A stretch of 64,000 nucleotides of DNA from Podarcis liolepis (taxonomy: Eukaryota): NCBI GenBank assembly GCA_965112155.1, contig OZ218104.1, one strand, 5' to 3'. Below the pieces are notes generated by a model. It was not told the DNA's origin. It did not search any database and saw only the letters and a program-made list of their open reading frames with translations. Shown piece by piece: positions 38,201 to 49,760 of the stretch. The position numbers and the translations under genes were made by a program. Every line of letters begins with the position of its first letter. The first letter of the stretch is position 1.

Positions 38201-39214
38201 CAGGAGTTTAAATGCTGTAAGGGAGTGGAGGAAGGATCAAGAGAGCTCAAAAGAGACTTCAAAGGCAGAACAGCTTCTACAAAAACAGCCCCACTACCTA
38301 ATTGCCACTGTTTTGCTCTTCGGAGAAGAAACCTGAGCTTCCCCAGCCCCGTTGAGGACAGATTAGAAGACCAGTAGACACAGATCCAAAATAAGGCTCT
38401 TATAAGGTGCTCTGTGTCGGTTTGATTCTGCAGAACAATAAATAAAGGCTTAATTAAACAAGAAAGCTGGGGTTTTATTGGGTGTAGGTGTGCTTAATTT
38501 CTTCTGTACCAGCATGGACGTGGGCACTGTGCTCCGCATGAAAAGGAAATGTGAGCTGAGGGTGACAGTGACTTTGCTAATACAGTATATCAATTGTGTG
38601 TGTCTCCTATGGGACTCATAAAGCTTGCAAAATGTGCAAACAATTAATTGGGCTAACCAAAGGGATAGTTTCGTTCTTATTTAGTATGTGTTGTCTTATT
38701 TAACGTAACATATGTTTTGTGTAAGACACATAGTATGTGAGAAACAGAATTCCCTCTAGTATCTGATTTAAAGCACTGTATGTGTCCATGATCTGCCAAT
38801 AATTTAATTCCCACCATTATGAAACACTGATATAAGCCCTGTGCATGCATCTGCCAGTGTACAAACTTTCAATTAAAGTGGTCCTTCCTAAGGAGATGGC
38901 ATTTGCTTTCATGGATTGCGGCAAGTTAGGCATAAGACAGAAAGTTAGTGTGGAAGAGAAATATCTGGGTGGGGGAGCAGGGGGGAATCCAACTCCTCTG
39001 GCTTCAACGCTTACTGCAGTTGTTGAGCTTGCTTTTCCTTCCAGTTGAGATTTCCAACCTAACAGATGGATAAAACCCGAACTATTCAAGATCCCAAGAC
39101 AGATTCAGCTGCACTGCACTTCACAAGACTTGGAATCTATATTATGGTCAATTAAAGAACTCAGCTTCATCAAGACACTTAATTTAAAGCTCAAGTTGTT
39201 TGTTTTGAAACATA

Positions 39215-39440
39215 CAGTGGTACCTCGGGTTAAGTACTTAATTCGTTCCGGAGGTCTGTTCTTAACCTGAAACTGTTCTTAACCTGAAGCACCACTTTAG
39301 CTAATGGGGCCTTCTGCTGCCGCCGCACCACCGGAACACAATTTCTGTTCTCATCCTGAAGCAAAGTTCTTAACCCGAGGTACTATTTCTGAGTTAGCGG
39401 AGTCTGTAACCTGAAGCGTATGTAACCCAAGGTACCACTG
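39215..39440. mobile_element. Tc1/mariner-type MITE, family B
   Basis: TA|CAGTGGTACCTCGGGTTAAG ... TAACCCAAGGTACCACTG|TA. Confidence 0.9.
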
Positions 39441-40267
39441 TACAAGAAATCACCCAGACACTAAGTACAAAGGTGCAAAGGTGGCAACATTGAGTCAGCA
39501 AAGAAAGAAGAGTTTGGGAGAATGGATTTCCTCAGCCAAAAGGGATGATAGATGAAATAGATTGATGATAGATCAGTAGACAGTTGTCTGGTGGCCCATT
39601 CTCAGAGAACACTGAGGCCTATTTAAAGCACTAGGTTTTCACTGTTAAGATACAGGTTAAATCCAACAGATGAATTCCAAAATGACCAATTCCATTTGTC
39701 ATTTAATTTTTTTAAGGGAAAAAAATATTTGTTTTCAATTTTTGTGATAGTGAGCTTCTTCTACATGCAATGTTTAATACTGAATCATCCTAGACTCAGT
39801 TGGAAGTATACTGCAAGTGGGATGAACTTCCAAGTGAATGTGCCTAGGATCGGGGGACAATTTGTATCTAGAAATATTTGGCTTGCCATAGGTCCTGTAA
39901 AATGGCTCACAACTTCCTGTGTTACCTGGCAAAAGGCTGGTTTGCACACAAAAGCAATGATGAATCCCACATTTCTACAGTAGCTAACTTTACTATATTT
40001 TGGTTAATGTCTGAAGGGCATTCATGTGTCTCAAAGCACTTAGTAAACATGCCCTAGGAGCCTGTGCTAATTGCTGCTGTTTGGGACACATTTACCACAC
40101 CTTTTCAGTCATGTTAATGCCTTTTGAGCATTCACAATGGAAATGAAGACTCTGCATTTTGCTGATATCTGAAGCAACCTTGACTGAAGTCAGATATTAC
40201 ACTTCTCCTGGCCCAATGTTTCAATAGGCCAAAGAGAAGCTGACCCTGTCAGATGTCAAAGCCTCAT

Positions 40268-41040
40268 TAGGGAGTGTATGGGGTGTTAGGGGAGGGATAG
40301 TACCTCTATAGTGGGGGACACACCATGCTCCTTCTGGGGTAGTTTGCCCACCTTTGGTCCCCACCCTGTAGTTAGCTCTCACCTGTGGCTCCTAGAAGCT
40401 GTCAGCATGTGACAGCGGCCACACCCCGGAAACAGCTTCGACTAGCCAGCTAAACCAGGTGAGGTAGCCAATGGGTCTCAAACCCTCAGTGAGTTAGTAT
40501 GTGAAATTAGCTTGAAAAAACATGCTCTGGCAGATTGAGCAGACAAGATCAATAGTGGGTCCAACGGTCAAGAAGGCAGCTTCTGCATGTGCTGTAGAGG
40601 GAAGAGAGGCAGCTGGTGTGTGTCAACCTGGGAAAGTAGCCCATCTAGGAGAAAGAAAACTCTGATCCTAACCCTCCACTACCTTGCAGGGTATCTATGG
40701 GGGAAGAAAGGGCTAAGAAGCAAATCCTACACAAATCTGGAGTGGAGTCCCTAAGATGGTTGGATGGCAGCTTATATGCCTCCTTCCAGCAACTCCTGCA
40801 GCCAAGTTGGTGCCAAACATATTGCTCTGCTTTCCTTTGGACCACATCAGCGTGGCTGAGATGGGGGTCTTGTTGTCTGGACAGTCCAGGACCTCCATAT
40901 ACACTGCCTGGGCTTGCACCTTGGGGAGGTCACTTTGGTGCTGCTATTGCAGCAGTTTGATTTCACCCCCAGAGTCACACTCCATTGTCTCTTGAGACAA
41001 GACAGGGGCCAACAATTAGGAAAGACAGTCTCATACATTA
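40268..41040 (+). mobile_element. Candidate non-autonomous retroposon (RTE-like 5' region), family uncertain
   Basis: GC-richer block bounded by CATTAGG on both sides; GCTCTCACCTGTGGCTCC and TAGGAGAAAGAAAACTCTGA motifs are reminiscent of RTE 5' regions. Confidence 0.4.
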
Positions 41041-41956
41041 GGAATCACTGAAATATTGAGTGGTCTCCCACAACTGCAGAACTGAAGGATAGAATTTCCA
41101 TTACCACCTCGAAAATTGTATCTTAAAATAATGAGGTTGAACTTCAGACTTCAAAGATAAGCAAATTTATTTCACGAAGAGCAGCAAGGTTAAATGTGGT
41201 CAATACAAGTAAATAGAGCAACAGCAGCTTTCTCTGCAGTGATAGTCAATCTTCAAAGCCCTTCAGCAAATTTTATTAAAACCAGTTTCAGCGGGGAAAC
41301 CTGCGTTCAAATCCGTACTGTGGCATAGATTTACTGAGGGGCTTTCCATGATCTCTGCATAGTTTTCTAATAAATGAGGAACTAAGATCTCCCTTTTAAA
41401 AAAGGTGTTATGAGGTTAAGAAAAATGTTGCTACTTGTCAAAAGCTGGAGGGAAAGGATGGGTTTCACCTTTAAGTCATCATCAAGATAAATTACTTCAT
41501 TAAAAAAAAGAACCTTATTTTCTTGAGCATATTGGGAATACTTCATTATTGTGTCACTGGGCTGCCCTCGAACACTATCCAGAGGCTATACTGAACACAG
41601 TTGTGCTTCCATCTCTTAGGAGACAAACTCCTTCCCGATATGTGATTAATACACTTAATCTACATTTCTGCCCAATAGCATAGTTCTCTAGATGGCTCAC
41701 AAAGATATAAAAATATAACAAACAATATTAAAAATATAATAAAAATAATTGCTGCAGAAACATTTGCAGCACAGGGACATCTAATTCCAAACTGACAATC
41801 AGTGGGATAGCAATCAGATTTTTTAAATAAGCCTTGTGGGGGGGGGGAGTCTTCATCTGACACTGAAATTACCTTTAAAAAGGTGTCAGGAGAGTCTCTC
41901 TTGAGGCTGGTACACTCTCTCTCTCTCTCTCACCCCCACACCCCCATGGTGTAGGG

Positions 41957-42500
41957 CAGGGGTAGGCAACCTAAGGCCCGGGGGCCGGATGAGGCCCAAT
42001 CGCCTTCTCAATCTGGACCGCGGACGGTCTGGAAATCAGCGTGTTTTTACATGAGTAGAATGTGTCCTTTTACCATATTTATTGCTCCATAAGATGCACC
42101 TGATCATAAGATGCACCTAGTTTTTAGAGGAGGAAAACACACACACAAACAAAAATATTCTGAATCAAATGTTATATAAACTATTTAAAGCAGCAAAGCG
42201 GGCAGCTCCTGTCCACTTTGCTGCTTTAAAGCGAGCCTCAGAGGAGGGAAGGAAGGAAAAAAGTGTTTCTTATGAAGCGAAAAATACGATATTTAAAATG
42301 CATCTCCGGGTTATTTGTGGGACCTGCCTGGTGTTTTTACACGAGAAGAATGTATGCTTTCATTTAAAATGCATCTCTGGGTTATTTGTGGGGCATAGGA
42401 ATTCATCTTTTTCTTTTTTCTTTCAAAATTTAGTCCAGCCCACCACATGGTCTGAGGGACGGTAGACCGGCCCATAGCTGAAAAAGGTTGCTGACCCCTG
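41957..42500. mobile_element. hAT MITE with an internal ~60-bp direct repeat, interrupted by a nested mariner-type MITE
   Basis: CAGGGGTAGGCAACCT ... AGGTTGCTGACCCCTG; TSD GTGTAGGG/GTGCAGGC (6/8). Confidence 0.85.
42073..42289. mobile_element. Tc1/mariner (pogo/Tigger-like) MITE nested in the hAT MITE
   Basis: TA|CCATATTTATTGCTCCATAAG ... CTTATGAAGCGAAAAATACGA|TA; the host repeat unit resumes after the TA. Confidence 0.8.
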
Positions 42501-45500
42501 GTGCAGGCGCAGTTTACAGATCCATATTCCAGCAGCCCTTTGTGGATCCTCACTTCTGCCTCTAGGCCTGAAATCCCACTTGGAAGTGGGTTAAAAATAC
42601 CTCCTTTACTCAGTAACAGTGTTCTTGATCATTGCCTTCAGCAGAGGTATACATATTTCAGGAAATGTTAAGTCATTCATATAGTCAGTACCAAAGAAAT
42701 GCCACAATAGCTGATCTGCAACTATTCTGAACCACCCATCAATAAGACAAGCTATTTATAGTCATTGGTCTCACTAGGCGGGAATCTGTATACAAAGCAA
42801 CTTTCCTAGAAGCAAGCATCTTAAGGTTTAAGGAAGTTTGTATTAAGCATTAATTACTTCTAAGGGTCTCCGGGTCTAACTGAGATATCCATCTTTACAG
42901 CACACATTCAATGGCCAAAGTCCAGTGGCAGCACTAACTCAGGGGCCTCCATATATCAAGGTGACTAGCTCTCATACCCCAGTTCACAATGTGCATATCA
43001 AGATATACCTATAGAATAAACAAGACCAGATTACTCACACATACCAAGCCATGAACGATAAGCAAAGGCAAACACCACCAAGCTGCCACCACTTATGGAA
43101 ATTAGAGCCTTGAAGAACACAAAAAACATGTGCCTTCCAACATTTCACAGGAAAAACAGGGAGACTTTAAAAAACAGTTTTTACTGTCTGAACCCACCAT
43201 TGCTGAAGGCTCTTATTTCCCTGTTGTATCTCAAAACTCTTATGTGACTAGCCAGTGTTAGGAACTCAAGATATATAAGCTAGGCTCCAAATGGCTCCTT
43301 AAGCCAAGGCTGCATTCGCCACAACGGAATGTATAGTTGACATTTCTGGGCAAGATGGCTCTAAATCTTATTTTTCAAATGATGGGCTGACTGTGATTGA
43401 TTTCCAGTTAAGCATCTGGCTAGTTCAGATGACAACCTTGGGCTAGGTTAAGAACTTTGAGAACTGAAGAAGGAAAGTCACTTGATCCAGGGATAGTCCA
43501 CATATATATTGGACTATTCTGACTTATTTTTCTTAATGGTGACTGCTCTTGCTCAGGCTGCACAGAAAAAGTGATTTGGTTCCAGAAATTCATTCTGATT
43601 GTGCAGATATTATATAACTGATAGATATACCCTACATATGGGGCATTAGTTTGTGAAAGCAGTCCAGATCCAATGATCCCAAGGTGGTGATGGCAGGTGC
43701 CATCCTGGTGCCAAGGCATCTTCATTTGTTGTTGCTGTTCTTGTTATATCCCACCTTTTCCCCTGACAGGGACTCAAGGCAGCTTAGAGCTACAATTCCA
43801 TTTATCTGTTGAAGATGCTGTACACAATCCCTTTCCTCACACACTTTTTCTTTACAACAACACTGCAATATAGTAAGGCTGAGAGGTTGAAACTGGCTCA
43901 AGGTGACCGATGTTGATGTGTATATGACATCTATGTGTGCAGGAGATCAAACATGGGAGAAGCTTCCTGATGTAGAATATGTTGTCCCTATTTTCAACTG
44001 AGAAATGTTGAGGGGTATGCGCTCATATTTAACATGAGACCTAGGAGAAAGCTAAATACTGAAGAACTCAAGTGGACAGATATCAACTCTGGCAATATTT
44101 TTAAAGGGCATCTGCAAATTCTTTCCAAAAAGAAAAAATGGTGCTATAAAATAAAAGAGAGAGAGGATACTAGAAAAATTGGGGCTGTCCCTATAAATAG
44201 GAAAAGTTATAACATTTACATATTGAAGAAAAAATAATGTTAGTACCTCATACCTTCTAAGAAAAAGAAACTGCAACCAACCCTTTCAACAGAGTTCAAG
44301 AAAAATTAGAGAGACTTAATTGCAAAAGTAGTACCTACAGAAAGTTGCAAAAAGTTATCTCGTTTGTAATTTTGTAAATTAAAAAATAGCTTTTTATTGG
44401 TTCTGGGGTATTGGTTCTTCTAGGTATTTTGGCTAATACCTGGGACCCACAGGATCAAACTCTTACACATATCCATAGCCTGCTGAGGTTGTACATCTTC
44501 CTCTCACATCCTCAGTGAGCCCTTGGTCATGGCCCCAAGTGGTTGCTCACACTTGGCACCCAACACTTGCTTCTCTAGCAAGCTACCTAGTTGTGCTTAA
44601 AGACTGGATCCATTGGCCCTGACTGGCAAAGTTTAACCCGCATTTGAAAAAAGAGAAAATGTGAACCAGTACCAATCCCTCCATTCTCTTCAAAATCCTC
44701 CCATTAATGTCACAAAAAGGAATTCAACACTTAATTGCACTTGAAGCTAGAAGTTGCTTTGAGACCCCCTGGAGCCATCTGGAGGCCCACAGGATACAAC
44801 AATAAGGAATGACTAACATTCTTTGCCTTCACTATTGCAACACAAACATTTTCAGTGACTCAGATACATCAGATGTTAACATGGGAGGATCCTTTTGCCA
44901 GTCCTGAACTGTCAGTTCAGGATCAACAACGATGGAGCAATTGCTTTACAACTATCTCGGCAACAGGGACCCCACAGATTAGATAGGAGATCCAAATTGA
45001 GGAAAGATTTTTTAAAAAGATTCTTATTGTCCGATGAATGCATCACTACTGGATTTATAAACATTCCTGGAGGGAGCTCAAGGCGGGGAGAGGTGGAAAC
45101 AAATAGCATTCTGAACATTCTTAAATAGTTTTACTCTGTTTCATCAGGTTCTCCCCTCACACTCTCCCCCTTTCCAAGTGCCCACTTTGAAGGGCTTTTA
45201 ACCTGCTTGTTGGATTTTCCTCTTGGCTTTCATATTTTGCTAGACCAAGCATGTGACACCTGTGGCCCTTCGGATGTTGCAGAACTACAGCTTCTATTAT
45301 CCCTGACCATTGGTCATGCTGGTTGGGGTAGATGACAGTTGGAGTCCAAGAACATCTGGATGACCACAGGTTCTCCATCCCTGACAACTGAAGCCCTGCT
45401 TTCTCATGTTCAAGATTTGGACGCCCACACCTTAAATCTCAAAAGAAGGGCCAGCCAATGTGGCATCTTCAAATACTGTTGGGCTCCAACTCCCACCAGC

Positions 45501-45921
45501 CCCTGCCTGCAGCATGGCCAACAGGTGAGGGATGATGGACGCTGTAGTCCAACAGCATTTGGCCACCCCAACTTCTTAAATAGTATGTGAAATGGAAAAT
45601 GAGAATATAGCACTTGCACTCATTTTCCCACATAATATACTACATCTGAACAAATTTCCACTTAACAGTATTTGAATTCCCCTAACTCTTGAGGAAATAA
45701 GGCTGCCACCGTATGTGTGTGTGTTTGTATGTGTGTGCGCACACTTTTTATGCAATTGGTAACAATTAATACAACCACATTGCAAAAGCTCAAGAAGAAC
45801 ATTTTTCATTTTGTTTTTTGACAAATCCCAAAGGAAAAGAATCATAGAATCATAGAATCATAGAGTTGGAAGAGACCACAAGGGCCATCGAGTCCAACCC
45901 CCTGCCAAGCAGGAAACAGCA

Positions 45922-48837
45922 TCAGAGCACTCCTGACATATGGTTGTCAAGCCTCTGCTTAAAGACCTCCAAAGTAGGAGACTCCACCACACTCCTTGGC
46001 AGCAAATTCCACTGTCGAACAGCTCTTACTGTCAGGAAGTTCTTCCTAATGTTTAGGTGGAATCTTCTTTCTTGTAGTTTGGATCCATTGCTCCGTGTCC
46101 GCTTCTCTGGAGCAGCAGAAAACAACCTTTCTCCTCCTCTATGTGACATCCTTTTATATATTTGAACATGGCTATCATATCACCCCTTAACCTCCTCTTC
46201 TCCAGGCTAAACATGCCCAGCTCCCTTAGCCGTTCCTCATAAGGCATCGTTTCCAGGCCTTTGACCATTTTGGTTGCCCTCCTCTGGACACGTTCCAGTT
46301 TGTCAGTGTCCTTCTTGAATTGTGGTGCCCAGAACTGGACACAGTACTCCAGGTGTGGTCTGACCAGAGCAGAATACAGTGGCACTATTACTTCCCTTGA
46401 TCTAGATGCTATACTCCTATTGATGCAGCCCAGAATTGCATTGGCTTTTTTAGCTGCCGCGTCACACTGTTGGCTCATGTCAAGTTTGTGGTCAACCAAG
46501 ACTCCTAGATCCTTTTCACATGTACTGCTCTCAAGCCAGGTGTCCCCCATCTTGTATTTGTGCCTCTCATTTTTTTTGCCCAAGTGCAATACTTTACATT
46601 TCTCCCTGTTAAAATTCATCTTGTTTGTTTTTGCCCAGTTCTCTAATCTGTCAAGGTCGTTTTGAAGTGTGATCCTGTCCTCTGGGGTGTTAGCCACCCC
46701 TCCCAGTTTGGTGTCATCTGCAAATTTGATCAGGATGCCCTTGAGTCCATCATCCAAGTCGTTGATAAAGATGTTGAATAAGACCGGGCCCAAGACAGAA
46801 CCCTGTGGCACCCCACTAGTCACTCTTCTCCAGGATGAAGAGGAACCATTGATGAGCACCCTTTGGGTTTGGTCAGTCAGCCAGTTACAAATCCACTGAG
46901 TGGTAGCATAGTCAAGACCGCATTTTACCAGCTTCTTTACAAGAATATCATGGGGCACCTTGTCAAATGCCTTGCTGAAATCAAGGTAGGCTACATCCAC
47001 TGCATTCCCTTCATCTACCAGGCTTGTAATTCTGTCAAAAAACGAGATCAGGTTAGTCTGACATGACTTATTTTTCAGAAATCCATGCTGACTCTTGGTG
47101 ATCACAGCATTCCTTTCTAGGTGCTCACAGACTGCTTAATGATCTGCTCCAGAATCTTCCCTGCTATTGATGTCAGACTGACTGGGCGGTAATTATTTGG
47201 GTCCTCTCTTTTCCCCTTTTTGAAAATAGGGACAACATTTGCCCTCCTCCAGTCTGCCGGGACTTCGCCTGTTCTCCAGGAATTCTCAAAGATGACTGCC
47301 AGTGGTTCTGAGATCACATCTGCCAGTTCTTTTAATACTCTTGGATGCAGTTCATCTGGCCCTGGAGACTTGAATACATCTAAACTAGCCAAATATTCTT
47401 GTACTATCTCCTTAGTTATTCTGGGCTGTGTTTCCTTTGCTGAATCATTTGCTCCAAATTCTTCAGGTCGGGCATTGTTTTCTTTATCGGAGAAGACTGA
47501 GGCAAAGAAGGCATTGAGGAGTTCAGCCCTTTCTGTGTCCCCTGTTTGCATTTCACCATCTTCTCCTCTGAGTGACCCCACTGTTTCTTTGTTCTTCCTT
47601 TTGCTACGAACATACCCATAAAAGCCTTTTTTGTTGCTTTTAACCTCTCTAGCAAGCCTGAGTTCATTCTGTGCTTTAGCTTTTCTGACTTTGTGTCTAC
47701 ACGTGCTGGCTATTTGTTTGAATTCCTCTTTGGTGGTTTCCCCCCTTTTCCATTTTTTGTACACATCCTTTTTTAATCTTAACTCAGTTAAAAGTTCTTT
47801 AGATAGCCACCGTGGCTTCTTTAAGCACCTTCCATGTTTCCGTCTCATTGGTATTGCCTGACGTTGTGCTTTTACTATCTCCCTCTTAACAAACTCCCAG
47901 CCATCATGAACTCCCTTTCCTTTTAGTATTACTGTCCATGGGATCTCACCCAGCACTTCCCTAAGTTTTATGAAGTCGGCTTTCTTAAAGTCAAGAAATT
48001 GAGTCCTAGTATGCTTGGCTGCTCCTTTCCGCTGTATAGTAAACTTCAGAAGAGCATGATCACTCGCGCCTAATGATCCTTCCACTTCTACCCCACTAAC
48101 CAGGTCATCAACATTGGTTAGGACCAGATCTAAAATGGCTGTTCCTCTTGTTGCTTCTCCCACTTTCTGGACAATGAAGTTGTCTGCAAGGCCAGTGAGG
48201 AATCTGTTTGACCTTAAGCTCTTGGCTGAGTTTGAATTCCAACAAATATCCGGGTAATTGAAGTCCCCCATTACTACTATCTCCCTTCCTTTTGCATGCT
48301 TGGCCATCTGTTCCAGGAAGGCATCATCTATGTCCTCCGTTTGGCTTGGGGATCTATAGTAAACTCCCACAATGAGGTCTCTGTTATTCTTCTCTCCCTT
48401 AATTTTGACCCAAATGCTCTCACTTTGGCTTTGAGGTTCTAAATCTTGGATCTCTTCACAGGTATACACATCCCTGACATATAACGCCACTCCTCCTCCT
48501 TTCTTGTCTGGTCTGTTTCTCTGAAATAGATTGTATCCCAATCGTGGGACTTATCCCACCAGGTTTCAGTGATGCCTATTATGTCATATTTAGTTTGCTG
48601 TACCAAGAGCTCAAGCTCATCTTGTTTATTTCCCATGCTTTGTGCATTAGTGTACAGACATTGAAGTCCATTAATCATTCCCCCGTGTCTCTTATTTAAG
48701 GATTTTTTCCTCCCACCACTAGGTCCACGTGCTGTTTGCTCCATTTGGTCTATGACATTTGGATGATCATCTTCATTAATTGATAGACTCCTACCTTCAG
48801 GAGCACTGTCTCCCTCCCCCACATTAGTCAGTTTAAA
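45922..48837 (-). pseudogene. CR1 ORF2 (APE endonuclease plus reverse transcriptase) broken by three frameshifts
   Basis: Four ORF-track segments join across frameshifts near 48541, 47130 and 46135; ends HMSGVL*. Confidence 0.93.
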
Positions 48838-49760
48838 GCCCTCCTGATGAGGTTTCTGAGATTTTTGGCAAAAACATTTCTCCCAACCGTTGTGAGGTGC
48901 AGCCCATCACTTGCCAGAAGTCCATCTTCAAGAAACTGCAGTCCATGATCTAAGAATCCAAACCGTTCCTGTTTACACCATTTGCGAAGCCAGCTGTTCA
49001 CTTCCACTATTTTCCCCTCTCTCCCTGGGCCACGTCGTTCAACTGGGAGGACAGACAAGATGACAATTTGTGCATTTAGTTGCTTCAATTTCCTGCCGAG
49101 AGCCTCGTAGTCTCTTTTGATCTTCTGGAGGCTATTGCTTGCAGTGTCATTGGTTCCCACATGAACCAAGAGGAAGGGGTATTTGTCAGTGGGTTTTATG
49201 ATTCCTTGCAGTCGTTCAGTTACATCTTGGATCTTAGCCCCGGGGAGACAGCACACTTCCCGAGACATCTTGTCAGGCCCACAGATCACTGCTTCTGTTC
49301 CCCTCAGTAGGGAATCCCCTATCACCACTACACGCCTCCTCTTGGGTTTGGTCGGGGTTCTTCCGTGAGCTGTCCGTTCCAAGGTCGCCTGCACATTCCC
49401 TGAGGACTGACTTTGCTGCTCGTCTTCATATACCTGATCGACTGTAATGAGGGAGAGATCCTCAAATGGAGTCTGCTCTTCATCTTCCATGCTAGGGGAG
49501 AGGACCTCAAAGCGATTGTGTATTTCTAAACAATCAGAGTGAACCCTGGGCCTCCTACTTCTTTGAGTCACGTTTCTCCATATATCTGGCTCCTGTGTTG
49601 GTGAACTATCCTCCTTCTCAGGGGAGTCCCCTGTCTCCTCCTTGGTGGGGACGGTGTGCTCTGTTGCTTCCAAGAAGAGCTCCAGCTCTCTAATTCTTTG
49701 GAGCGTAGCTACATGTTCCTCCAGTTGCTGGACTTTGTCTTTTAAAAGGGCAATCAACAT
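48828..49760 (-). CDS. CR1 ORF1 remainder: coiled coil plus SGNH/GDSL esterase domain, N-terminus missing
   Basis: 310 open codons; blocks IGDSLLR, LPGA, HVGTND and DGLHL match the SGNH catalytic blocks; ends RRALN*. Confidence 0.9.
   Translation of the reverse strand: MLIALLKDKVQQLEEHVATLQRIRELELFLEATEHTVPTKEETGDSPEKEDSSPTQEPDIWRNVTQRSRRPRVHSDCLEIHNRFEVLSPSMEDEEQTPFEDLSLITVDQVYEDEQQSQSSGNVQATLERTAHGRTPTKPKRRRVVVIGDSLLRGTEAVICGPDKMSREVCCLPGAKIQDVTERLQGIIKPTDKYPFLLVHVGTNDTASNSLQKIKRDYEALGRKLKQLNAQIVILSVLPVERRGPGREGKIVEVNSWLRKWCKQERFGFLDHGLQFLEDGLLASDGLHLTTVGRNVFAKNLRNLIRRALN

Noticed and set aside
38385-38410. SRF CArG boxes near the internal promoter
   Set aside because: CCAAAATAAGG has the wrong spacing and TCTTATAAGG has a mismatch; neither is CC(A/T)6GG.
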